From positions 1,600,001-1,664,000 of the forward strand of contig CAWJDT010000001.1 of assembly GCA_963841735.1 (NCBI GenBank): a DNA stretch of 64,000 bases, written 5' to 3'. The position numbers and the translations under genes were made by a program. The notes beneath the pieces are model-generated. The model saw nothing but the letters and a program-made list of their open reading frames with translations, had not been told where the DNA came from and made no database searches. Below, piece after piece: positions 7,978 to 16,910 of the stretch (within the stretch, counting starts at the first letter, position 1; each line of letters starts with the position of its first letter). The DNA comes from an uncultured Actinomycetes bacterium. Its GTDB lineage: Bacteria; Actinomycetota; Thermoleophilia; RBG-16-64-13.

Positions 7978-10272
7978 ATGCCGAGACTAAGAACGTTGAG
8001 TTTCGCAGTTTTTGCGGTGCTCATCGTATGCGCGGCGGTCCTGTTGGGCACGCTCTCGCCAGCCACCGCCACCACAGAAGAACCCGGGCAAGGGCGGGAC
8101 GGTACGGTGACGGCCGAACAGGCTCCGACCACGCCCCAAGCCGCCCGAGTGAAGGAACTGGTAGAACTCCGGACGGATAGATCAAAGATCTTTGAACTGG
8201 CCGACGGTCAGCGCGAATGGGTGGGGTACGTCGAGGCGGTTCACTACAAAGATGCAGGCGGAGCATTCAAGGAGATAGACAATGGCATCGTCAGTGAGAA
8301 CAAGCAGGTCGACGGCGTCGATTGGGCCTACCGGAATGCTGCGAACGCCTATACAGTGAGATTCGCGCTGAATGGCGATGCGTCGCACCTTGTGAGTATC
8401 GAAGCACAGGGCAAGTCGATTTCCTTTGGTCCTCTCGGGACCCGAACGTCGGATGTGGCAAAGACAGCGGAGTTGGCCAGTAAGGTGCTGTCAGAGGAAA
8501 CGTACGGCGAGAGCGTGATCACGTATCGAGACTCCCTCCCGGGGATCGATCTCGTTTACCAGCCCCGGACCTACGGCGTCAAGGAATACATCGTCCTAAG
8601 ACAACCAGGAACCCAAGACGAGTATACCTTCAACCTGATTCTGAAAGGCCTGAGCGTGAAACAGGCCGACGGACAAGTGTCTTTCGTCGATAGCGAGGGC
8701 AAGACAGTCTTTGTGTTGGGTGACCCGGTGGCTTTCGACGACGCTGAGGCTTGGACGAACGACGTGACCTACCGTGTGGAGGAGAGCGGGGGCACCTGCC
8801 AAGTCACCATCATCATGCCGCGCGCGTATCTGGACGACCCTGCCCGGGTGTACCCGGTGGTGATCGACCCTGAGATCATGTACCCGTCGCCCACCGCAGA
8901 TACCTACGTTGCCTCGAATCCAAACTACGATGATACGAACTTCTCCAGTTCGTCGTACCTGCGGACCGGTCGGGATACCCCCTACTCAATCAGAAGGAGT
9001 TTCCTCAAGTTCGACCAGGTGGACAACCTGCCAATAAGCGGCGACCAAGTCACGGACGCTTACATAAGGATCCAAGAATACAGCCGGGGTACCAGCGCTC
9101 CTACCATCAACGCTTGGTATTCCTTGGTCCCCTATGCCATCACGACCATGACCTGGAATGGGACGGCACCTGGCACCCCGACGCCTCACTGGGACGGCGG
9201 TTCGACTGACGACTTTGGGAGTCCGCAGTCTACTCTAGGGAGCCAGAGTGGGACCTGGTGGACAATGCATGTCACGACGCCGGTCCAGTACTGGCTCAAC
9301 GGGACCTATCCCAACCACGGCTGGATGATAAAGGACACGACCGAGAACAACACGAGTCACTGGACCACGTTCTACGCCTCAAATGCCGGGTCTCCCCATA
9401 TGCCCGAACTGCATGTCGTGTACACGCCATCAGTTTACCCCAGCACATACCTGGCCTCTCTCCATTTCGATGGGCCGGACTGGGGGGACGGGGGGGAAAA
9501 GACATTCCCCATGCAGGGGAGTGGGACAGTGGGCACCGATGCATATCCGCGGCTGATCAAGACTGACGTCGACTACAACGGTGATGGCTACGTGGACGTC
9601 GAGGAAGCCATACAAATGTACGTGCCATGGGCGACAGGTTCAGGCATATATGGAACTACCAGAGATGGGCACACTATCTCGCAGTATGCGACCGTCAAGG
9701 CTGATCAGAGACCAGCTGTCTACTGGCAACAGAGGGCTGTGACGGCCGCCGGCCCATCGTGGACGGTGTATCAGTATTGGCTCTACTATCCTGATAACGA
9801 CTGGGCAAACAACCACGAACACGACTGGGAACACTACGATTTGTATTTCTGCAACGGCGTTCTCCATTCCACGAAAGTCAGTTGGCACAACACCAGCTTC
9901 CAGGATCACTGGTCCGACTGGGTCCTGAACGGACTGGTGGAAGATGGCACTCATCTCAAGCTCAGTGTTCAGGGTGGTTCGCACGGGATCACCGGTGCTG
10001 GCGGCGGGCTTGAGGATGGTGTCGAAATCAAGTGGACGGGCGCCGTCTACTCGCACGGCGCACGGCTCGACATGGTGGGCACGGGGGGCTGGAGGATCTT
10101 CTCCAACGACTGGTTCGCGGGAGGCATAACGGGATACTCGGAGGCAGGGTCGCACTACAACTCCTCCTACTACTACTACGACGACCCGCTGTACGGCGGT
10201 GGCGAGTGGCTCAGTGGCAATCTTGCCCCGTGGCTGCGTCCGACATACCTGGTGCCGGATGACCCGATTTGA
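7978..10272 (+). CDS. Secreted multidomain protein: WapA/Rhs-associated N-terminal region, DNRLRE/CBM96-like domain, NPP1/Vps62-like C-terminal domain
   Basis: Signal peptide; LDDPARVYPVVIDP; ADTYV..RRSFLKFD..NHGWMIK..PELHVVY; DVDYNGDGYVD Ca-binding-like loop; YQYWLYYPDN..NHEHDWE. Confidence 0.7.
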   Translation: MPRLRTLSFAVFAVLIVCAAVLLGTLSPATATTEEPGQGRDGTVTAEQAPTTPQAARVKELVELRTDRSKIFELADGQREWVGYVEAVHYKDAGGAFKEIDNGIVSENKQVDGVDWAYRNAANAYTVRFALNGDASHLVSIEAQGKSISFGPLGTRTSDVAKTAELASKVLSEETYGESVITYRDSLPGIDLVYQPRTYGVKEYIVLRQPGTQDEYTFNLILKGLSVKQADGQVSFVDSEGKTVFVLGDPVAFDDAEAWTNDVTYRVEESGGTCQVTIIMPRAYLDDPARVYPVVIDPEIMYPSPTADTYVASNPNYDDTNFSSSSYLRTGRDTPYSIRRSFLKFDQVDNLPISGDQVTDAYIRIQEYSRGTSAPTINAWYSLVPYAITTMTWNGTAPGTPTPHWDGGSTDDFGSPQSTLGSQSGTWWTMHVTTPVQYWLNGTYPNHGWMIKDTTENNTSHWTTFYASNAGSPHMPELHVVYTPSVYPSTYLASLHFDGPDWGDGGEKTFPMQGSGTVGTDAYPRLIKTDVDYNGDGYVDVEEAIQMYVPWATGSGIYGTTRDGHTISQYATVKADQRPAVYWQQRAVTAAGPSWTVYQYWLYYPDNDWANNHEHDWEHYDLYFCNGVLHSTKVSWHNTSFQDHWSDWVLNGLVEDGTHLKLSVQGGSHGITGAGGGLEDGVEIKWTGAVYSHGARLDMVGTGGWRIFSNDWFAGGITGYSEAGSHYNSSYYYYDDPLYGGGEWLSGNLAPWLRPTYLVPDDPI

Positions 10273-10291
10273 TGTGCGCCTTGTAGGCGGT

Positions 10292-10324
10292 GCGGATGCC
10301 GGTGCGCTGCGCGCCGGCATCCGC
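10292..10324 (+). terminator. GC-rich hairpin after the 764-aa gene
   Basis: GCGGATGCCGG ... CCGGCATCCGC 11-bp perfect stem; no U-tract. Confidence 0.4.
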
Positions 10325-10355
10325 CGACAGGGACCTCTCTGGGACGCCCAAGTAG

Positions 10356-10754
10356 GTGGTCTTTCGCATGGCACCTGAAGTCCACACTCCTAGGACTCCC
10401 AGCAGGATCTGGCTGGGTCGCGCTGGAGTCTTGAGCGGTGGCATCCTGCTGCCGCCGGTGCTGGTTGGGCTGAGCTGGTGGGTGGCGGGCGAGGGCTATG
10501 GCTCGCTCGCCACCATTCGTTCCGTGGCCGTGATCGGACCGGTTGTGGCCTTCTTTCACCGCGTGTTCGTATCGCTCTACTTTCCGCCCTTCTTGGTCAC
10601 GGGTTCCGTGGCTCCGGCATTCGCACTGCTTGGGCTGTACCTGCTCTTCGCCGTCGTCTACCTGGCCCGTCGTCGATGGGTGTGTGCCGGGGTCTTGTTG
10701 GTAGTCCCCATAGTGTGCACGTGGATCTTCAGCGCGGCCCTACTGGGTGACTAG
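10356..10754 (+). CDS. Small multi-pass membrane protein, hypothetical
   Basis: 132 aa with 3-4 hydrophobic segments; C-terminus has a paralogous remnant at 5062-5170. Confidence 0.65.
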   Translation: MVFRMAPEVHTPRTPSRIWLGRAGVLSGGILLPPVLVGLSWWVAGEGYGSLATIRSVAVIGPVVAFFHRVFVSLYFPPFLVTGSVAPAFALLGLYLLFAVVYLARRRWVCAGVLLVVPIVCTWIFSAALLGD

Positions 10755-11081
10755 AGGCTGGTTTCAGCCGCCTCACTGATACCAGGCGGCGGCCGCGAGG
10801 GCGACAAGTGAGGCGTGCCGACTAGTTCCGTGGCCCACCCAAAGGACACGGACTGTCGACGGGATCGCTGCGGAGTCTAGCGCCACCGCGAAGGCAGCGA
10901 GGCCAAGAAGGGGAAGCGAAGGCGAGCCCCAAGGGGCGCGAAGCCCATCCGAAAGAAGCCCATCCCAAGGGGGGCCGGATCCGAGATACAAGACAGGCGC
11001 TGCTAGGTGTCGATCGCGCGGTGTCGCGACACGTACTCGTGCAGAAGAGCGTTTGCCGCGAGAGCGACACCTAGCAGCGCC
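10755..11081. ncRNA. Candidate structured RNA/DNA element, copy 2
   Basis: Identical to 5171-5497. Confidence 0.35.
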
Positions 11082-11843
11082 CTACTCTACGAAGCCCTCT
11101 ATAACGTAAGTCCCCCCCGCCTTCTTCTCCCGATGCAAGGTTATGAGCCGCCCCTTCTCGGCATCCTGGAGCAGGCTGCTGAAGCTGCGGTACCCGTAGG
11201 CCGACTCGTTGAACGAGGGACGCTTGCGCTGCATGGTGTCCTTGACCATGGAGGCGAAGATGGGGTCCTTGTTCTCGCGGATGAGGGCGGCGATGGACTC
11301 CAACAGCAGGTCGAAGACCTCTTTCTTCTCCTCGGGGATGTCCCTCACCTGCGGGCTCGGAGGTGCCGGCGCAGCCTGCTTCTCGAGATCCTCATAGAAG
11401 ATGAACTCGTCGCAGTTGTCGACAAGCAGGGCGGAGGTCGATTCCCTCATGCCTATGCCGATGACGTGCTTGCCGTTCTCTTTGAGCTTCGATACCAGGG
11501 GCGAGAAGTCGGAGTCGCCCGACACGACCACAAAGGTGTCGACGTGCTGCTTCGACCAGGACAGGTCCATGGCGTCCACGGCCAGCCGGATGTCGGCTGA
11601 ATTCTTGCCGGTCATGACGCGCCGCGGGATCTCGATGAGCTCGATGGCATTCTCGTGCAGCGGCCGAGTGTACTGCTTGTACTCGTTCCAATCGGCGTAG
11701 GCCTTTTTGACGATGACCTTGCCCTTCTCGACGAGGCGTTCGAGGATCTTGTGGATGTCGAACTCACCGCGCCTGTGCTTGAAGCCTATGGCGAGGTTCT
11801 CAAAGTCGATGAAGACGGCCAGGGTACGTTCGTGCTCGGCCAT
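11082..11843 (-). CDS. NYN domain RNase with OST-HTH/LOTUS domain, copy 2
   Basis: 253 aa, 14 aa differences from copy 1 by my count; intact AAGGAG RBS. Confidence 0.92.
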   Translation of the reverse strand: MAEHERTLAVFIDFENLAIGFKHRRGEFDIHKILERLVEKGKVIVKKAYADWNEYKQYTRPLHENAIELIEIPRRVMTGKNSADIRLAVDAMDLSWSKQHVDTFVVVSGDSDFSPLVSKLKENGKHVIGIGMRESTSALLVDNCDEFIFYEDLEKQAAPAPPSPQVRDIPEEKKEVFDLLLESIAALIRENKDPIFASMVKDTMQRKRPSFNESAYGYRSFSSLLQDAEKGRLITLHREKKAGGTYVIEGFVE

Positions 11844-12078
11844 ATGGTGTCGGTGCTCCTTCCCCTAAAACATTGGCACCAGGATTTGTCTCTATGGGTG
11901 AATTCTTGCACGTTTGCTCTATTCCTGTAGTGCGGGGGGCGCGGCGGGGGAGATGGAGCGGACGAGCGCGGATCCTCATCGTTGTAGCGGTATAGTATTG
12001 TCAGGTCGGACGGCAGCTGTGGCGGCCGGACCGGCTGACATACCTGCGGTCATCTGTCATCTGTTTGGGGAGGGCGAC

Positions 12079-13245
12079 ATGAATCGACCAACGAACCATC
12101 TTCCGAGACTCCCGCTTGCCCTGGTCCTGGTGCTGGTTTTGGCTGCGGCGTTGGGCCTCGGATGTGCCAAGGCTAAGGTGTCGGGCGACGCGGATACGTC
12201 GCTCACGCCCTCGTCCGAGCAGAATGCAGCTCACCCAGCACCCACGACCGCGACCAGCGTAGGCGAATGGGCGCCCATAGACCAGGCACCTGTTTTCACG
12301 GGGATTGAGGCGGTGCCCGCGGGATACGCCGTTCGCGTGGAAAGCACTTCTTCCGACGGGACCGTGAGCCGGTCTTTGGTGGTGCCTGCGACCGGCAGCT
12401 TCCGACTCGAGTTGACCACCGATGCTGGTCCGACGGCCGCCAGTTGCGACGTGGTCGTGAACGGTGTTCACTACGGGTTCATCCCTGGCGACGGAGTGGT
12501 GGAGTCACGAGCCTCCGGGGCCGGCCCGCGTCTCGATCAGGCCTATGGCACCACCGGCCTGGACCTCATACCAGCGGATGCCGCGTGGTCCATGCGCGAC
12601 GACTCGTACCAGGCGTCTTTCACTTACCAGAGCAACTATGGCGGCGCCGATGTTGCGGTTGAAATGGTCTACGAAGCCGAACAGGACCCGGCGACCGGCA
12701 TACTCCTACGAGAGCTGCTGTCGTACCCGGACGGGACGGAGGAGACTGGGCGGGAGTTGGTCCCGCTGGCGGACGTGGAGGCGCTCAGCGCGGACACGAT
12801 CTACGAGTACGCCGCGCAGAGCTGGAGCCAGGCAGTAGAAGCTCTCCGCCAACTGCCATATGAAGCGGTGGGGTTGGATCTCCCTGGACTGGTCGCCTCG
12901 ACCATCTTGGTGTTTACCTCCGACTCCGGCTCACGCTATGCGACCATCGGCTACTCGCTTGCCTCTTCTCCCACTCCCCACCCCAGTGTGGCCCAGATTG
13001 ACCTGTTCACGTATGGCCCGGATACCCCCCCTCTCGCCTCAGACCCGGCCGAGGGCTACGGTGCTTTTCGGCGCGGCGACGCCATGGTACGGGTCGGTGT
13101 GCCGGGTCAGCAGTACGCTGTCGGCGGGCTGGACCTCTCGCTCGACAGATTGACCGCGGCGCTGGTGCCCATCTCTGAACTATCCGACGAGTACTTCCCG
13201 CTTCCGGTCTCGTATACTCCCGCAGGGGCGACGAAGCTCCAGTAG
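12079..13245 (+). CDS. Lipoprotein, hypothetical (possible LolA-like fold)
   Basis: GGAGG RBS before ATG 12079; LGLGC lipobox; Ser/Thr/Pro linker; QDPATGILLRE motif. Confidence 0.65.
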   Translation: MNRPTNHLPRLPLALVLVLVLAAALGLGCAKAKVSGDADTSLTPSSEQNAAHPAPTTATSVGEWAPIDQAPVFTGIEAVPAGYAVRVESTSSDGTVSRSLVVPATGSFRLELTTDAGPTAASCDVVVNGVHYGFIPGDGVVESRASGAGPRLDQAYGTTGLDLIPADAAWSMRDDSYQASFTYQSNYGGADVAVEMVYEAEQDPATGILLRELLSYPDGTEETGRELVPLADVEALSADTIYEYAAQSWSQAVEALRQLPYEAVGLDLPGLVASTILVFTSDSGSRYATIGYSLASSPTPHPSVAQIDLFTYGPDTPPLASDPAEGYGAFRRGDAMVRVGVPGQQYAVGGLDLSLDRLTAALVPISELSDEYFPLPVSYTPAGATKLQ

Positions 13246-13280
13246 AGTTCCGGTAGACGAGACTCAGGCGAGGAGGGGAT

Positions 13281-14024
13281 ATGTCGGGCGCGGAGTTCTG
13301 GTCGCACTGGGCTTGGCCACTGGCGGCCGGTTGTCTGGGCGCGGTGTTCACGGGCCTGGTGGCTTGGCAGTGGTGGCGCCGGCGGCGTGCGCAGCAGGCG
13401 GCCTGGGCGGCAGGCATGCTCCTCTACACGGTCGCTGCTTTCATGGAGGCTCGGTCGGAACATGCGGGCGCCTGGAACCCCACTGTCTATCGCATTTACA
13501 TCGTGCTGGCCGCGACCCTGGTCGGCTTTCTGGGCCTGGGCACGCTCTACCTCATTGCACGAGGGCGGCTGTGGGGCCACCTGTACCTGGTGCTTCTGTT
13601 GCTCTGCATGGCGGCCTTCTTCTATGGGACCTTCACCGTCACTCTGGTCAGCGAGAAACTGGTTCCGGGTATCACGGTAGGCGGTCAAGCCCTGGGCGCC
13701 AGCCTCTCCTTTCCCCGGGTGATGTCGCTGCCCGTGAACATCACCGGCTCCCTGTTGCTCTTCGGCGGCGCGCTCTATTCCATCTGGCGGTTCCTGCGCA
13801 AGCGGGAGTTCGCCTATCGCATGTGGGCCAACGTGCTCATAGCCGCGGGTGCTGTTTTGCTGGCCGTCGTGGGATCGCGGGCGCGGCTGGGCAGCACGGC
13901 CGGGCTCTACCCGGCGGAGATGGTGGGCGCGGCGCTCATGCTGGCAGGCTTCCTCATGGCGGGCACTCTGGAGAAGGGTAGACGGGCCATGAGAGCGCGC
14001 CGGGACGCTGAACCTGAGGCTTAG
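13281..14024 (+). CDS. Integral membrane protein (~7 TM), hypothetical
   Basis: GAGGAGG RBS; 247 aa highly hydrophobic. Confidence 0.75.
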   Translation: MSGAEFWSHWAWPLAAGCLGAVFTGLVAWQWWRRRRAQQAAWAAGMLLYTVAAFMEARSEHAGAWNPTVYRIYIVLAATLVGFLGLGTLYLIARGRLWGHLYLVLLLLCMAAFFYGTFTVTLVSEKLVPGITVGGQALGASLSFPRVMSLPVNITGSLLLFGGALYSIWRFLRKREFAYRMWANVLIAAGAVLLAVVGSRARLGSTAGLYPAEMVGAALMLAGFLMAGTLEKGRRAMRARRDAEPEA

Positions 14025-14053
14025 CCTCTTACACACTCGGGGGCGGTGACCAA

Positions 14054-14620
14054 ATGATAGTCGACGGCACCGTGATGTGGGCAGCGTGGCTGCCCGTCGC
14101 CGCGTTGGTGCTCTGGCTTGAGATAAGGCGCCGCGCGGGTGTGTGGCACACGCTGGGCATACTCGCCCTCACCACCTACGCCTTCTGGATCGCCTCTGTG
14201 GCGTTCTTTCCCATGCCCGTCGGGATACCGCCGATCCCGGGAGACGGTCGTGTTGGCTGGCTCAGGCTTAATCTGGCGCCGTTTCGGGAGGTGTCGCGCA
14301 CTTTTCACCATCAGAGTTGGCACCAGATCGTCCGCGTGTTCGGAGGCAACCTCCTTCTGTTGGTGCCCTTCACCTTGCTTGGGCCGGCGCTGTGGCCGCG
14401 ACTGCGGGCGTGGAGGTGGGCACTGGCCATGGGGGTGGGGTTGTCGGCCTCGATAGAGCTGCTGCAGCTGGCGCTCTGCGCTCTGGTCCAGGACCCCTAT
14501 CGCTCGGTGGACATCGACGACGTCATCGTCAACACGGTCGGAGCGCTGCTGGGCTATACGCTGTTTGTGGGAGGGCGCCGGTTGCTGCGCCGCTGGTCGG
14601 TGCGGAGGCGTCTGCTTTGA
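14054..14620 (+). CDS. VanZ family membrane protein
   Basis: NLAPF, GNLLLLVPF, SIELLQ, RSVDIDDVIVNTVG motifs. Confidence 0.85.
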   Translation: MIVDGTVMWAAWLPVAALVLWLEIRRRAGVWHTLGILALTTYAFWIASVAFFPMPVGIPPIPGDGRVGWLRLNLAPFREVSRTFHHQSWHQIVRVFGGNLLLLVPFTLLGPALWPRLRAWRWALAMGVGLSASIELLQLALCALVQDPYRSVDIDDVIVNTVGALLGYTLFVGGRRLLRRWSVRRRLL

Positions 14621-14707
14621 CGGCGCTCGCGCCGCGGCTGGGGCTCTTGTAATCTTGTTTATGATCGGGTTCCAGCTCTGGTACGTGCCCAAGCAAGGGA
14701 GAGCTTT

Positions 14708-16525
14708 CTGGACGCTGTTCTGCTCATAGTTTGCGTTCTTGCCTACATGGGCTATCTCGCGGTGAGGCTCTCACGGCGGTTGAGGGTGCCGGTGGTCACT
14801 TCCTTCATGCTGCTGGGGATTCTTGCTGGTCCCGAGGGACTGAACCTTGTCAACTCGTCGGCGCTGCATTCTCTGCGGGTCGTCGAGCCGGTCGCTCTAG
14901 GCATGATCACCTTTGCCGCGGGTGAGCAGCTCTTCTTCGGTGACCTACGGTGGCTATCTCGCCGCAGTTACGCGGTGGTGGCGTTGGAGACCGTCTTGCC
15001 CGTGCTGCTGGTGGGGATGGGTGCTTGGTTGGTGACCGGCCGGCTTGAGGTGGCCCTTCCGGTGGCCGCCATCGCGGGAACGACCGGACTGGCAACGGTA
15101 ATGAGCACTCTTCGGGAGAGCGGGGCCAAAGGCGACTACGCCAAGTTGCTCGGCTTCTCCATTGCCAGCGACAATTTCTTTGCCATTCTGGCCTTCTCCC
15201 TGGTGCTCCCCTTGGCGGTCGGCATCGAGACAGGGAAGGCTATCGGGGGTCTCTACGCCGACCGGCTGATCGGCATGGTCGCCTCGGTGGCTATCGGTTT
15301 TGTGGCGGGCATCGTGATTTCGCGGCTCGTTAGGCAGGTGCGTTCGTCGCAGGAGCTGTCGATGCTGGTGCTGGCGCACGTGCTGTTGGTGGTTGGCGTG
15401 ACCGAGTACCTCGGCTATTCCGTCCTTCTGGCTGGGTTGGCCATGGGGACGACGGCGGTCAACATGACTAGGAAGGTGCGCGATCGCGAAAGGGCGTTCG
15501 CGGCCATGGTATCGATCGAGTTCCCTGTGGTGGCGATTTTCTTTCTCTGGGCTGGAGCGAGCCTTCATGTCCGCGCTCTGGGAAGCATCGGGGTGCTCTT
15601 TGCTGTATACGTCGGAGCTAGAGTAATCGGCAAGCTGGCCGGCCCTCTCTTGACCGCCTGGGCGGTGCGCGGAGACAGCGAACAGTCCCGCCGCTTCGTC
15701 GGATTGGGCGTGAGCCTGCTGCCTCAGGCTGGTGCCGCGGTGGGCTTGGGCATCCTGGCCCAAGAGACCCTTCCGAAGAGTGGAGAGACGATTCTCGCGG
15801 CCGTGCTTGCCGCGGTTGTGGTGTTCGAGGTGATAGGGCCGCTCGGAGTGCACTGGGCCGCAAAGCATGTCGGCGAGGCCAAGGCGGTTCCGGATGGCCA
15901 ACCCCTGACTTTGGATGAGGCGATCGGCGAGTTGCAGAATCGTCGTGCTCGGGTGGCCGCACTGGTGGGAACCGGCGCAGAAGCGTCGATGTTGCGCGCG
16001 CCGCGCATGCTGGCGGTCCGGCTGGGCGCAGATCTGCTTGTCGTGCCGGTTAGCGACACCTCCGCTTCGAGCCGAGACCCGTCACTTTGGGGATTCTCTG
16101 CCGACCAAGACCCTGACGGCGTATGCCGGAATGACGAGTCCAAGTTCGAGGGGTGTCGGGAGACCGTGATCGACGCTGTCTCGGCTGGGCGCCGCTCGGC
16201 CGACCAGTTGATGTCGATCTTGACGGACTACTCGCCTGACGTCATTCTGCTCGCGTCGGAGGGTCTGCCGTCCTGCGTGCTCGAGATTGCTGAGGACTTG
16301 TCACGACGGCTTGATTGCCCGGTGCTGAGGGTGCCCATGCCCGGCGCGGCCCAGGATGGGCGCTCCTGGCCGGTGAGGCGGGTGGCGCAGGCTCTCGGTC
16401 GCTCGCGGTCGCTATGGCGTGGGTCGAGGGAGTGGTGGTCCGGCAGAGAAGCCGCCGGCACCCGTCCGCTCGCGGAGACCGAGGTCCTCAAGGCTGCGCG
16501 GGCCACCGCAGACGAAGACGCGTAG
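14708..16525 (+). CDS. Cation:proton antiporter (CPA2/Kef-type) with C-terminal USP-like region; possible CTG start at 14708, first ATG 14747
   Basis: GILAGP, FAAGEQL, FFLWAGASL, LLPQAGAAVGL, FEVIGP motifs. Confidence 0.8.
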   Translation: MDAVLLIVCVLAYMGYLAVRLSRRLRVPVVTSFMLLGILAGPEGLNLVNSSALHSLRVVEPVALGMITFAAGEQLFFGDLRWLSRRSYAVVALETVLPVLLVGMGAWLVTGRLEVALPVAAIAGTTGLATVMSTLRESGAKGDYAKLLGFSIASDNFFAILAFSLVLPLAVGIETGKAIGGLYADRLIGMVASVAIGFVAGIVISRLVRQVRSSQELSMLVLAHVLLVVGVTEYLGYSVLLAGLAMGTTAVNMTRKVRDRERAFAAMVSIEFPVVAIFFLWAGASLHVRALGSIGVLFAVYVGARVIGKLAGPLLTAWAVRGDSEQSRRFVGLGVSLLPQAGAAVGLGILAQETLPKSGETILAAVLAAVVVFEVIGPLGVHWAAKHVGEAKAVPDGQPLTLDEAIGELQNRRARVAALVGTGAEASMLRAPRMLAVRLGADLLVVPVSDTSASSRDPSLWGFSADQDPDGVCRNDESKFEGCRETVIDAVSAGRRSADQLMSILTDYSPDVILLASEGLPSCVLEIAEDLSRRLDCPVLRVPMPGAAQDGRSWPVRRVAQALGRSRSLWRGSREWWSGREAAGTRPLAETEVLKAARATADEDA

Positions 16526-16547
16526 CGGCACGGGAGCGCTTCGCCGC

Positions 16548-16889
16548 CTAGGTAAGGGCACCCTCGCCCGTCTCTCCTGTGCGGATACGGATGCACTCCT
16601 GCATGTCGAGCACGAAGATCTTGCCGTCGCCGATTTTGCCGCTGTAGGCGCCGAGCTTGATGGCCTCGATGGCCTGTTGCACCCTGTCGGCCTGGATGCC
16701 TATTTCGATCTTGATCTTACGTAGAAGGTTGCCCGTCTGAACCTGGCTCCGGTAGACCTCAGCCACGCCCTTCTGCCTGCCTCTACCCAGCACCTCCGAG
16801 ACGGTCATGACGTGGATATCCTGCTCGGCAAGGGCCTCCACTACGCTTTCCAACCGGTCGGGCTGGATCACGGCGATTATGTATTTCAA
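16548..16889 (-). CDS. glnK: P-II nitrogen regulatory protein
   Basis: GRGRQKG..EVYR T-loop, GKIGDGKIFV, IRIRTGE; downstream of amtB. Confidence 0.92.
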   Translation of the reverse strand: MKYIIAVIQPDRLESVVEALAEQDIHVMTVSEVLGRGRQKGVAEVYRSQVQTGNLLRKIKIEIGIQADRVQQAIEAIKLGAYSGKIGDGKIFVLDMQECIRIRTGETGEGALT

Positions 16890-16910
16890 AGTCTGTCTCC
16901 TATCTTTGCG

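Larger units (their letters stand above)
10749..11858. repeat. Direct repeat copy 2 (structured element + NYN gene)
   Basis: See copy 1; ORF-track peptides 5189-5407/10773-10991 and 5238-5486/10822-11070 are identical. Confidence 0.95.

Noticed and set aside
10281-10330. Enterobacterial-type GTAG REP element
   Set aside because: Single occurrence in the window and no RAYT; treated as a terminator-like hairpin
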